From: a virus
Taxonomy: Duplodnaviria; Caudoviricetes
IMG/VR virus record: IMGVR_UViG_3300037493_004552
Coordinates: 2,235-66,234 of that record
Length of the DNA: 64,000 nucleotides
Reading direction: 5' to 3' (one strand)
The position numbers were made by a program, and so were the translations under genes. A model generated the notes under the pieces. That model ran no database searches. It worked only from the letters and a program-made list of their open reading frames with translations, and had not been told where the DNA came from. Of this stretch, positions 1 to 11,678 are shown one piece after another (position 1 is the first letter of the stretch; every line of letters begins with the position of its first letter).

Positions 1-315
1 TTCAATGGTAAAGATTGATCTACTTCATTCATGTCTAAAGACATGTCAAAAGATGCAATCTCTTTTCTTATTGGAATAAATATTGCAAACTTTTTAAAAC
101 ATTCTACAACAAACAAAGATGAATATGTTTCTGCTTTAGATAAAGTTTTGGTAGGTATAGAAAAAATTACCGAAGAATTTATTGGACCATCTTTTGTTGA
201 AGAGAAAAAGGCTGCAACAAAAAAATTAGTAGAACAAATCAAAAAAGATGTGCTTGAAAGAGCTTGACAAAAACATAAAGTATCCAAAAAAACAATAGTT
301 AAAAAGAAAAAATAA
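1..315 (+). CDS. hypothetical protein, 5'-truncated, Lys-rich C-terminus
   Basis: Frame 1 is open from base 1 to TAA 313-315 when TGA is read as Gly. Confidence 0.6.
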
Positions 316-335
316 ATATAATAGGTGCGAATACT

Positions 336-363
336 TTGCTTACTTGTGCCTATTCTATATAAT
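336..363 (+). promoter_or_regulatory. sigma70-like promoter TTGCTT-N16-TATAAT
   Basis: Hexamers lie in the intergenic gap upstream of ATG 428. Confidence 0.5.
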
Positions 364-427
364 GTTATTTCGTTAACTAGTCTTTTTGTCTTTTATGTGT
401 ACTAGCACTTCATATTTATTTATTGTT

Positions 428-1582
428 ATGACTGGATTAATTTTGCAGGTTCTATGACTTTTATCGACCTGATTAATTTACCCTATTTATCAATGACCAA
501 TCGAAGTTATCTCTACTAATGTAGAGATCCAAGCATTATTCGTAGCACAACAAGAAGAAGAACGCAAAGTTTTACAAGACGAGCGTGAACGTAATTATCA
601 AGAAGAACAGAAACAAATAATCATTGAAGATTATTTCACATTCGCTAAGAAGATCGGTAAGATAAATTATGCAAGAGGTTGTGCAGGTGGCTATGAGATA
701 GCAACTAAAACAGCTGACTGAACTTATCACAACTGCGGAAAGAAATCTTTCGATTGCTGATGAGCAATGAAAGCGTACCTTGTAGCAAAAGGCATCACCG
801 ACTCATATGGTATCGCGTGACTTAATTCTTCAGCACTTTACGATCTAGGGATCCCTAAAGACCCGAGAGCGGCAGACCGCGGTGATTTCATGTACTGGAA
901 ATGATTCGGCGCAGCATCATCATGAAACAGTTCAACACATTTCTCTGTAGTATCAAGACCATATGACTGACATAGTATGTGGATCTTCGATAATGTCGTA
1001 CCTTGAGGAGCAGACAGATATAATGAAAGAGAAATCTTTCTATCATGTAATGAATATTCATGTACACATCTAGGTAAATATAAGATATATATATCAAGTA
1101 ATGGTGCTTACGAGATGGCTAGTACAGCTGGAACAGAAGTATTACCACGAGTAGACACAACCCCTGATGTGACAGGAGCGACATTAATGTCGATAGTTAA
1201 TCCAAATAATCCTAAAGGTTATTACATAACTATCACAGGTTATCCATATGATAGCGAAGCAAACCGTATAGCTAATCGATGGTATATAAGGAACAAAGAT
1301 AAAGATATGATATGAACATATCTTTGTGAAAACTGAGGATTTAACCCGAGTTCCGTATCACATACAAACGATTACTGACTTTGTCAGTTGTCATATAGAT
1401 ACAATAAACAACTGATTGATAACCCATTACGAGAGACATTCGATTTCCAGAAGCAAGCTTGTCTTGATAAATGGAATAATGTAGCAAACAAAAATCTACG
1501 AGTTTGTTATGCTAAACGCGCATCATATAAAACTAAAATAGTGGATATGACATGAGCGTTCCGAACAGTAGATAGTCTTTAA
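428..1582 (+). CDS. bifunctional peptidoglycan hydrolase: NlpC/P60 domain plus lysozyme/lytic-transglycosylase-like domain (384 aa)
   Basis: FDCGG...RGDF...THF (NlpC/P60 Cys/His); CENGGFNPSSVSHTNDYGLCQL (lysozyme-like Glu and GLxQ); hydrophobic N-terminus. Confidence 0.75.
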
Positions 1583-1597
1583 TATTAATATTATCGC

Positions 1598-1906
1598 ATG
1601 AAACTATCCCCAGTTTTAGTAGTAATTATTGGTTTTATCTTACCGTTCATATATGGGATAATGCTATTATTTGCTGCTATTTTTAATACTACAAAAACAA
1701 ACGGTTGTATTCATACACTCCTAGTTGGTGAGTGATGAATATCAAAAGCAGTCTGTGTAGATTTTAATTCATTTAAAATGAAAACTCATGAGAGTAATAT
1801 TAGTTCCACTTGAAGACAATTATGAAACTATTCAAGTTCGTACAACAGAGCTGGAGTCCTTCCATACTTGCGCATTCAAACACAAGTTTGCCAAGAATGA
1901 CTTTAG
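1598..1906 (+). CDS. small membrane protein
   Basis: N-terminal hydrophobic helix; 3' end overlaps the next gene. Confidence 0.4.
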
Positions 1907-2546
1907 TAATAATGATGCATTATTATTTGGATCATTAACACATGCTGTTCTTCAAGCTTACTTCTTCAAGCCAGAGGCTTGATATGATACACTCGACATC
2001 TTATGTCGTGGTTATGCTGATCGATGTAAAAACATTAGAGACTATATTGTTCTTACAGACGCCAATAGATTAAGAGAACAGTATTCACTCATCTGTTCTG
2101 AATATCAAGTTGTCGTAGAAATAGAGATGTGAACACATCTGGTCATCTTATCGGGGACGATAGATGCGATTTCGAAGGCACCAGACAACGGACCATACAC
2201 GCTTATAGATTTCAAAACATCTAAAGCAGAATGGAAACCAGAACAATTCGAAGCCAAGATGCAGAAGTTTATCTACCCACGATTATTATCAAAGCTTGTG
2301 TGAGAGGAGATGGTTAAAGGTTTCGACTATATTATCTATACCAAACATGTTACTCCTAGACTCCAGGTACTTAAGTATGAATGTAACTGGACAGAGATCG
2401 AGGAGTTAATCAAAACTATACTTACCGATTACACACATGCATTGAAAACGAATATGTGGAATCCTAAGATATGTACATCTTGTTTCTTTTGTCCTTTAAA
2501 CAAGACATGTCCGCTTAAACAACTAGGGACGTTTGATGAGTTTTAA
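1788..2546 (+). CDS. PD-(D/E)XK Cas4/RecB-like exonuclease with Fe-S cysteines
   Basis: FGSLTH, SGTIDA...LIDFKTS, one N-terminal Cys plus C-terminal CxxCxxCxxxxxC; sits near a Sak4-like ATPase. Confidence 0.85.
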
Positions 2547-2578
2547 TATGTATGTAACCATATGATAAATAATAACAT

Positions 2579-2642
2579 AAGGGGGCAGGGCTGACTCCGT
2601 TAAGGATGCCGAGGTGAACCCAGTGAAAAGCTGGGCCCCCTT
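2579..2642 (+). ncRNA. candidate tRNA-like structured RNA
   Basis: 7-bp closing stem AAGGGGG/CCCCCTT stacked on a 5-bp CCCAG/CTGGG stem with 7-nt TGAAAAG loop; GC-rich island in an AT-rich intergenic gap. Confidence 0.45.
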
Positions 2643-2712
2643 GATTTGCTAACTAAAGGTTATCACAAAATTCATATACTATCTTGTATTTTTAATCGCT
2701 TACAACATACTT

Positions 2713-2901
2713 ATGCCAACTAATCCGTTTGAAGACATCCTTATAAAGATGGCTGAAGAAATTGTGGACATCGGTCCTAACATGACAGAAGATCAAGTAT
2801 TATTTATTTTACGTAGTAACTTGAATCCGTTTCCGCCACAGGTTCAAGATAAGTTCCAATCACAGTTTAGCGTAAAGAATCTTTTAAATCCTAAAATTTA
2901 A
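2713..2901 (+). CDS. hypothetical protein (62 aa)
   Basis: Clean ORF, abuts the next start. Confidence 0.6.
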   Translation: MPTNPFEDILIKMAEEIVDIGPNMTEDQVLFILRSNLNPFPPQVQDKFQSQFSVKNLLNPKI

Positions 2902-2903
2902 TT

Positions 2904-3785
2904 ATGACTATTCAAATTAAAAAGTATTCGCCTACCGAACACAGACTCAAAGCTTTAATTTATTGAAACGCTAAAACATGAAAGACAACTTTCGCAGGGA
3001 CGGCACCAAGACCGCTGTTTATTTGTGCAGAGAATTGACTCCTTTCAATAGCCAGCAAAGCACCTGACTTTGTAGAGGTGAAAACGCTCCAGGAATTGAA
3101 GGACTTATACAGATGGTTAAGAGACACCAAACCAGATTACGATACAATCGTGATTGACTCACTATCTGAAATATCAAAGATTATAAAGGACAACCTTACC
3201 AATCAAGGGTCAAAGCAAATGATATTGAGAGACTGGTGAATCTTCAGCGAGGAAATGATGCAAGCTGTAAGACAAATTGTCAATCTTCCATATCATGTAA
3301 TTTGTATAGTGCATACCAAAGAAGTATTAGATGAAGCAGGCGCTATAGCCTTCTATGAATTATCTATTGAGACTAAAGCAAAAAACGAAGTGACTAGATA
3401 TTTTGATGTTATTGGATTCTCATCTATAAATAAAGAAGGCGAATATAATATATCAATCAAAGGCTCATCAAAGACTCTCTGTGGTGATAGGAGCAATACT
3501 ATCGACAAGGAGAATACGCCTCTCGATGTACAAGAATGGATTACATCAATCGCAAAATTATCTACAACAACACAAACAGTAGTTAAAGAAATTGAATCTG
3601 AAATTGTTAATGAAGAGTTTGTTCCTTTAGATACTCTTGCTGTTCAATATGACAAGATTAATATTTCATTGGATAAGGATAATTCGCCTGCTAATAAAAA
3701 TATTTTGAAAGTAAATATAAGTAAAGCAAAAAATCTAGATGACGCCCAGAAGGCTAATCTTATAGCATATATTGAATCTAAATAA
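2904..3785 (+). CDS. AAA_24/Sak4-like ATPase (single-strand annealing/recombination)
   Basis: Walker A IYGNAKTGKT with both Gly encoded by TGA; Walker B TIVIDSL. Confidence 0.85.
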
Positions 3786-3808
3786 TTTTAAGTACTTATC
3801 TTCCCCCG

Positions 3809-5143
3809 ATGCCTCAGCAACTCGATGAGTATGGTCGTGCTTATACTACCGATATGATTACTGCTATGCAGTATCGTATCGAAGATAGGCAGATAAATTA
3901 TCATGCAATGCAAAATTGATATGTTCCTCCAAAGAAATATATTAATTTTTATACATATGATAAAGTTACAAGAACATATCGATTGCCTCCATCATGTTGA
4001 GTCGGGCACAAAAAATGAACCGATATCAATACCCCAGGAGAATTATCGTTATTTGGATATCAACAAGAAGTAGTACAATATTGTGTAGATTTATACAATA
4101 CCAACAAAAAATCATGTATGATTATATCATGAACTGCTACGGGTAAAAGCCATATGGTTATGGGTATTATCTATGCTATTCATCATAAAACAGTTATAGT
4201 AGTTCCAAACACACTTATCGGTAAATGATTACAAGATAAGTTGGGTTGATTACTTGATGCAAGATTCTTAATTGCTTCACAAGTAAGAAAACTTACAACA
4301 CAACCAGATGTACTTATTGTGACAGGAGCATCGTTCAATAATCTTTTTAGTTGGATTAATGATAATTATGACACCATTATCTGCGATGAGTGACACCATC
4401 TTTCTACAAACAGGAAAGATCAACTCAACATGTGGAAAGGGGACTTCATTTGCATGCTCACTGCAACACCCGAAAGAAAAGAATATGGTCTTGAAGGGTT
4501 TGAAATGTATCTCTGAAATATACATGATACTGAAAGACAAGCCTTACCAGTTAAGGTATACACCTACGAATATGATTATGATTACACGATAGACGAAGTG
4601 ATCAAAGCCCAAAGTGGCTTAAGTCCCGAGTCGCCTGAATTATATCGTAGATTATATTGTTATAATCCTCATCGTATTGGACATTTAGAACAAATTATAT
4701 TGTATCTTAAAACACAATGATTTAGAAAAATAATTGTATTTACAGATAGAACCGCACATATAGACTTAATACAAAACATTATCCCTGACACTATCAGACT
4801 CACGGGATCAGAAGACAAGACAAAATTCTTGGCGGATATAGCAGACAAAGAGGATTATACAATCATCGCTATGTCTCAGTGTGCAGGGGAGTGATTCGAT
4901 TTACCAGCATTAGAGTGTTGAATATTATTTATGTCAACATCTTGGAATAATACAATTGATCAAACGGCTGGTAGAATTAGAAGATTCTCTTGAGATAAAC
5001 AAGTAGCTTATTATATAGACTTCATCGACATTTTAAGAATAATGTGATGAAAAAAAAAGAAGTTATGACGATACGAAAGATCTCGTATATACAAGAACAA
5101 AGGACGAGACGTCGTCCCGTTCGAAAATCTTTTATCTTTTTAA
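3809..5143 (+). CDS. superfamily 2 DExH helicase
   Basis: SGTATGKS, DEGHH, LTATPER, GEGFDLP, QTAGRIRR. Confidence 0.9.
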
Positions 5144-5152
5144 TACAATCAC

Positions 5153-5473
5153 ATGGTACCAGAAGAAACATGTTGCGGACAATGACAAACCTGTTCCGAA
5201 AAAAAACCAACCCTTACTGACGCAGTCTTAGGTAAGCTTGATACACTTATCATGCAATCACAAGGTTTTGCTAATCTCATACACAAAGTAAGAGATGTTC
5301 TTGGAATTTATAATCCATCTGCTTGAATAAGTAATTCACTTAATAGAGCTGAAGAGTCTACGCCAACACCATCTGAACCTACTATCTCAGATGCTGCTCG
5401 TAGAATGACTAGACTTATTCAATCAAATGAAGAAGCAATTATGGACTTCGAAAATTTATTAAAGAATTTATAG
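5153..5473 (+). CDS. hypothetical protein (106 aa)
   Basis: Open frame in the recoded table, tightly packed with neighbours. Confidence 0.6.
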
Positions 5474-5474
5474 T

Positions 5475-5990
5475 ATGTTCAGACTTGCTCTTCATCTTAT
5501 TGGGGAAGTGAAAAATTTATTGAAAAAAAAACCAAAAAATAAACATCCAGTTCCCCATAAGACCAAATGGCGTAAACGTATGAAGCAGTACAAAAAATTA
5601 CTTGTACATACACTTACAGCCTGATGGAATGTAGATCGTAAAAACGAATATGTACCATTGAGAAAGATCAAAACCATTGATCCTAATGTTGCTTCCGCTA
5701 TTGCTAAACTCTACAACGAGCAGGAAGCGGCGAAGAAATATAAACAAAAAAAAGAATCAAAAATTGCGATGACTAATCACGCAATGTTTAGATTTCAAGA
5801 GCGTTTTAATTCCTGTTGATATTCATTAGATGAATTGAAAGCAGATATTATAAAATGATGCAAAGCAATTAAACTAGTTAATAACAATAAATACCTAGTA
5901 AAAGGTATGTTATGAAAATACATTATATCTAAAGATCTTTATATCATAACTATGTTTCCATACAGATGGCAATCATGAAAGAAGTTGTAA
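5475..5990 (+). CDS. basic protein with a C-terminal DUF4258/BECR-like putative RNase domain
   Basis: MTNHAMFRFQERF...YIITMF resembles the HAxxRxxER...I(I/V)T pattern. Confidence 0.45.
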
Positions 5991-6457
5991 ACTTAAATTG
6001 TGAATACCTACCAACACATTTTAAAATGTTTGGTACCTGCAATCAACTTGGCATCAAAGTTAAAGTGTATGCTAAAAATTTTGATGATACATTGATATTC
6101 GATAATCTCAGAGAGATGTACGAAAATCAAGGTATGGACGATTATAAAGCTGCGATCAGAGCGAGAGCGGTGATCAAAGATTTCTTTACGATATGTAATT
6201 TAATGTCCAATAAACATGTCTTGCCTTTTAAGGCAGTCATACAAGTTTTAGATTTTTCCCAAAATAATCATGGCAAACAAGTACATCTACAATGACATCG
6301 TCCTAACGAAGGACAACTACAACAGTGAAACAAAAAAGTACAAGTGATCAGTGAAGACAACATTCTTCTGAACGATTGACTTTGAACTAGTCAGGTTTGA
6401 TCAAGTAAAAGAAACAGCAGGAGGAGCAAGAATAGTGTGAGAGATATTACTGGGTAA
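5966..6457 (+). CDS. hypothetical protein
   Basis: Open to TAA 6455-6457; 3' part overlaps the next gene. Confidence 0.55.
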
Positions 6458-6683
6458 CGGAGATAAAAAAGGTATCTTCGAAAACGAACGTAATTGACAA
6501 AAAACCTATGGTGCTACCCTCGCTCCAAAGCCTAACCCATTATATCTTAATCTCAAGCCGTTACTTACCGCTGGACCAATCAAAGAATATAAAGTATCCT
6601 TTGTTGAGATGCAAGATACTGATGCTGAAGCTATCAGAATTGCTACTGAAAAACAACGTGCTGAAATGGAAGTAGAATTTTAA
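6270..6683 (+). CDS. putative single-stranded DNA-binding protein
   Basis: Beta-rich 137 aa with an acidic tail ending EMEVEF, directly upstream of the primase; function inferred from context. Confidence 0.4.
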
Positions 6684-6702
6684 TTTATAATCTTTTAATA
6701 TC

Positions 6703-9402
6703 ATGATATCAACACAAGACTTCTTAAGAAGATTTGGAAGCCCTCTTGTGATATCTCTTACTGATATTAAAGGTGTCAATAGTTTTGAGGGGTGGCATAA
6801 ACATCATAATACAGCTGTATTATCAAAAATTAATAAAGATGAGACCACTCCCTATTGATTATTCTTTACTCCCAATGGGAACTACTGATCTATTCAACAG
6901 GAATGACAAAAGATAAGTAGGTCTAAAGAGACTCCTGGGCCCGCACCATATTATAATGCGCTTATAGTAGATATAGATATAAAAGATATCAAAAATAAAT
7001 ATCCCACTATGGAAGAACTCAGACTTCATATTGATGAAGTACTTAGTAAAATTACTATTCATCCAACCGCTATTGTAGAATCATGATGAGGTTTCCATCT
7101 CTATCGAATGCTTAAAGAAGAGGATAGACAAGCGATTCATGATATATATGGTAATAAAATATTTGCTATCTCAAGATTTATGGCTACATTATTTGATTGA
7201 TGAGATACAAATTCTAGTGTAGTAAGATGAGATATCAATGGCGTAATAAGACTTCCATGATCTAACCATTGGAAAACAGGGAAACCTATCCCTGTTAAAA
7301 TTGTATGGTATAGTGAAGAAAATTTCATTGATCTACAATGTATCGAAGATAGTCTTAAACAAATAGGCGAAGTAACTAAGACTATATCTGTTGCTAAAGA
7401 CGCAGCTATATCAGTTGGAACAACGAAGTATTACGAAACTAGCCAAGTAAAAATTGCAGAAATAATATATAAATTATGAGCTTATCCTAGACTATATAAA
7501 GGTGAGGAACAAACATTCAGACTTGAATGAACTCATATATGTATAGTAGATAAAGATTGAAATGTTGATAGAACTGATTCATATAGGACTTGGCCTGCAA
7601 AAAATTGTGTACATTGCTTTTTGAAAGACAAATACACAATTGAAGAAAGACCTAGATGAGAACCTCGATCATTTGCATATCATTATTTTCATAAGAATAG
7701 CCAACAAACTAGAGCATTCTTTACGAAAGAGTTTAATATTGAATTCGAAAAATACAAAAAAGACGAAGTAGAAACTGTTATTCAAACCTTTGCTGGCAGA
7801 GATTATTTTGTAGAGCTTACTGACAGAAGAGTCATTATGCATAAGCAAATTAAATCTTGAAAAAAAATGATTGATACAAATACCGATATATTTAGAAAAC
7901 CTATCAAGATCATAGGTAAGTCCTGGACCAAATTTCATGCCAATGGTACGGAATGTGAGGACGAACAAATGGTCTATGTGATGGAACTCGAGATTGATGG
8001 TAAAATAGTTAACAAGTTACTCTACCGTCTTCCGAGTAAAAAAAGATTCAATGAAAAATATGCGTGATCTATATTTTATTATGGAGAAGATAATGACTTA
8101 TGAATGTGGTATGAAGCTATGGATATCAGCGATTTACCAACAGTTCAAGTAACTGTACTTAGTGGTCTTTATAAAAATAGTGACTGAAGTTGAACAGTAA
8201 TACTATGAGGAAAGGTTATTTATTGAAATCCAGGATTAAGATACTTTACTCCAGCATTCGAATTAAAAACTAAAATATCTGAAGAGATTTCATTGAAAGA
8301 ATTCTATAGAAAATTCAACGAAATCTATGATGCTGAAGTTGCTGTTCCATTATTCCTTCAATTCATTGCATTATGTGGAATGAATATTTGGGAGGGGACG
8401 ACGGTCTATCCAGGTATGCTAGTATCTTGAAAGACTTGATGTTGAAAATCATCTATTGCAGAGATACTAAAAAATATGGCTGGATATACAGCTTCTGACA
8501 GGAAAGTCGCCCTTCCGCAAATCACACCACAACCTTTGAAGATTATGTTTACTGACAATTCTATATTATTCCCTGATGAACTAACATTAAATGTTGGTGA
8601 AAAGGCTGAAGAATCATGTAGAAATGGAATCAACAGAGATAAAGGTGCAAGAGGTATAGGTTGAGATAACGCATACTATAACTTCAGAGCACCATTATTC
8701 TTTACATGAGAAAGAACATTTAAAGATGAATCGTTAAACAATAGACTTGCTGTTATTATTCTTTCTGAAAAATATTGGAAGAAAGATGGTAAAGATAAAG
8801 TAATTGATATTAAAAATTATTCCTGTATCAAAAATATATATGATTGATACTTTGGATATAAAAGAAATATCAATGAATTACAAGCAGAGAAGGTATCAAT
8901 GCTTGTAAAGGCAGGAATCAAGCCAAGAAACGCCGATGTCCGAGCTTATATCTTTACAGTTAATGAAGTCTTTCAATTCTGATTCGAAGAAGATGAACTC
9001 ATAAAGATAGTTAAAACACATTTACAAAAAATGTGATTCGGAGGAGACGACGATATCACTGATGAATGAGAATTACAAATGTATCTTTCAAAAATATTAT
9101 TTGCTAGACAAGCACAATGTGTTAAAGAACAATATAAAAACAAATCATTATATAGATTTATGTTTATGGACGACACAGCTTATGAAAAAGCTAGGTGATC
9201 ACTAACAACATTAGTTAATAGTATTAATGCTTACTGAGAAAGAATTCATGTTTCAAAAAACTGAATTACAATAGTAGTTAAAGAACTTAATAGTATTGTT
9301 GTAGATCAAGTACTTGAAAAAATAATGGAATTTGTTTTATCATGTAACAGCAAAGTGATACAATATGTTAACAGAGACTCTGAAGAATGACCTTATAACT
9401 AA
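6703..9402 (+). CDS. AEP (RepB'-type) primase fused to a P-loop helicase domain (899 aa)
   Basis: VDID, VESGGGFHLYW (W=CGA), IRLPGSNHWK; Walker A SGKTGCGKS. Confidence 0.85.
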
Positions 9403-9997
9403 CATAAGGAACTTCTTATATAATGGAGCACAGAGAGTGTGCTACAATAGACCAGTTAGTACATTCATTGAAACTCAATTTAAGAAAAAGTTTTATGAAT
9501 GTAATCTATATAATCCATTACTGTATTATCTTGAGAAAGAATGAATTTCTTTTACATGATATGGTAAGATATCTATGACAAATCATAAAGTAACAGAGAG
9601 ATGAATTATGAGACCATTTAAATCAAATATTAAATTCTATTTATACACTAATAATACTATTGATGCTCAGAATTATAATGTAGAATTCTATTATACAGAT
9701 ATGGTATCGTTACTTTTTAGTTCTTGATTATTAGAATATGTTATTAAAGAACGAGTCGCAAGCGACGACCTCATATCTAAACTCTCGGAGAAATGAGCAA
9801 TGACAAAACGGCTGGGCTTACAAGATACCAGACGTGTGAAGGGGATTAAAGCCCTTTGATGTGATAGGAGTGATGTGTGACAGACTAGGAAATCTGACAA
9901 CCTTCGTACGGGAGTTCAAATACATAACGACCAAGAAGATTGATTACAAGATGGTATATGCCCATCTGGAACCACATCAGATAACAAACCTATTTAA
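9365..9997 (+). CDS. hypothetical protein
   Basis: Open frame in the recoded table filling the gap after the primase. Confidence 0.5.
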
Positions 9998-10121
9998 ACT
10001 TTCTCAAATGGGAGCGGACGCTCAAGTGATCGCTTACCATAAAGAAACTCAACAATATTATTTTTATCCCTTTAGACTTCTTAATGGACAAGAAAGCGAA
10101 GCGTGAGCGCCAGAGAGTTAA
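9738..10121 (+). CDS. Holliday junction resolvase-like PD-(D/E)XK nuclease
   Basis: KNESQ...YKIPD...KPFD...EFK...LEPHQ. Confidence 0.7.
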
Positions 10122-10266
10122 AAGAAAAAAACATTTATCTTTAATGAAAAATCATGAAGCTATAAGAATGGAAGCCGAAGATGCTTTCAATCTAGCGAAT
10201 TATAAAATCCATTTACATTCTAACCCTGATCAGCATGCCCAAATGAAAGAAGAAAGTGATAGCTAA
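10084..10266 (+). CDS. small basic hypothetical protein
   Basis: 60-aa ORF ending in TAA. Confidence 0.4.
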   Translation: MDKKAKRERQRVKRKKHLSLMKNHEAIRMEAEDAFNLANYKIHLHSNPDQHAQMKEESDS

Positions 10267-10726
10267 TATCACTGAAGTTAAAGCTTTGGATACGGAAATA
10301 CTACAAGTAACTCCTACTGAAGCAATTTCTGATAACCAAAAGTTATCAGCAAAAGAACCATCAGCTCTTGAAAAAGCTATGGAAATACTTATGTTGAGTC
10401 AAGCTAACACTAATCAAGTTCTGAATAAAATCTCAGAAACTATGACTAATGTAGCAGAGGGTATTCAAAAAATCAACGATACAGCAAAGGCGACCGTTGA
10501 TCATCAAATTGATTTGGATCAGATGAACAAATCCAAACCATTTAAAATCCAAATGATTTATCAATTAGATCAAAAAACTATTGATCTTTGAGATGGTATA
10601 TTTGAATACGAAAGTACTTGAAAAGTATTCAAGACTAAACAAGAAGCTGTTGATTTCGGAGCTAAACAATTCTGACCATATGGATACAGAATAGTTGAGG
10701 TCGAACAACCAGTATCACAACTCTAG
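10235..10726 (+). CDS. hypothetical coiled-coil protein
   Basis: Open to TAG 10724-10726 with TGA=Gly. Confidence 0.65.
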
Positions 10727-10754
10727 GTTTTTTTATTTTTTCATTATATTACCC

Positions 10755-11132
10755 ATGACACAAAATTACAAATTAGACAACGCTTACAGAGCAATCCAAG
10801 GCGTTACTAAAGTTACTGATATGTCAGTAGCTAACATCAAGGTCTTCACTAAATTGCTTCAAGCCCTTGAACCAGTTCTCGTTCCTTACTTTGATGAAAG
10901 AAGAGACGAAACTAAAAAATTTACTGACAAAGATGCTGAAGGTAAATTCATTATTACTGATCAGATCGCTTTACAAGAAGTTGTAGAAGAACTTGCAAAG
11001 AAAGAAATTGAATTTACATCAGAGAAATTTAATATCACTTTGAAAAAAGGTGAGAAATGGTTCTCTATCGAATTCAATAAAGCACTCGAAGATCTATACG
11101 GAGACAACTTTAACCTTGTCGAAGTAGAGTAA
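10755..11132 (+). CDS. hypothetical protein (125 aa)
   Basis: ATG in CCC-ATG context; contains no TGA codon. Confidence 0.7.
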   Translation: MTQNYKLDNAYRAIQGVTKVTDMSVANIKVFTKLLQALEPVLVPYFDERRDETKKFTDKDAEGKFIITDQIALQEVVEELAKKEIEFTSEKFNITLKKGEKWFSIEFNKALEDLYGDNFNLVEVE

Positions 11133-11386
11133 TGAGAGTAATCCCAGTTGCGGGCAACATTATCATCAAGAGGCTTCCAGTTTTGGACGCTGACGGATGA
11201 GAAATGGACGACGCTATTTCGACCTACCGCAGATGAGAAATCGCTGCGCTTTGAGATAAGGTAGAAATACCAGTTAAAGTGGGCGATATCGTAATGATGA
11301 ACAGAGGAAACTTCTTTTTGATCTTAGATGATGAAAAAAGCCTCTGCCATTACTCAGCAATATTCGGAATCGAATCAGTAGAATAA
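11132..11386 (+). CDS. groES: GroES/Cpn10-like co-chaperonin
   Basis: MRVIPVAGNIIIKR...GEIAALGDKV...VKVGDIV; 84 aa. Confidence 0.7.
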
Positions 11387-11387
11387 T

Positions 11388-11450
11388 AAAAAAAACCCCG
11401 ACCTTTAGGAAGGGGTTTTCTTAAAACCTATTTTTTAATAGGTTTTTTAA
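11388..11450. terminator. tandem hairpin terminators between the convergent arms
   Basis: AAAACCCC...GGGGTTTT and AAAACCTAT...ATAGGTTTT hairpins flanked by A/T runs. Confidence 0.75.
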
Positions 11451-11506
11451 TAACTGGTTTTTTGCAAGCCATTATTAATATAGATTAATAAATAAAGCAT
11501 ACATAA

Positions 11507-11644
11507 TTATTCAGCCGCTACTTCTTCAGTTGCAACTTCTTCAGCTACTACTGTTTCTTCAGCAACAACTTCTTCAGCTACTACAGCTGTTTCTTCTACT
11601 GCTACTTCTTCAGTAACAGCTTCAGTAAGGATTTCTTCTGTCAT
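11507..11644 (-). CDS. very acidic Glu/Val/Ala low-complexity peptide (45 aa)
   Basis: MTEEILTEAVTEEVAVEETAVVAEEVVAEE... Confidence 0.6.
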   Translation of the reverse strand: MTEEILTEAVTEEVAVEETAVVAEEVVAEETVVAEEVATEEVAAE

Positions 11645-11678
11645 GACAAAAAGATGATGAAATAAAACTATTAATATA

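Noticed and set aside
1788-2546. Cas4-like gene as part of a CRISPR-Cas system
   Set aside because: No array or other cas genes; the context is a Sak4/helicase recombination module.
2579-2642. Canonical or suppressor tRNA, or hammerhead ribozyme
   Set aside because: No D-arm, TTCRA loop, proper anticodon stem or CCA, and no CUGAnGA core; kept only as a tRNA-like candidate.
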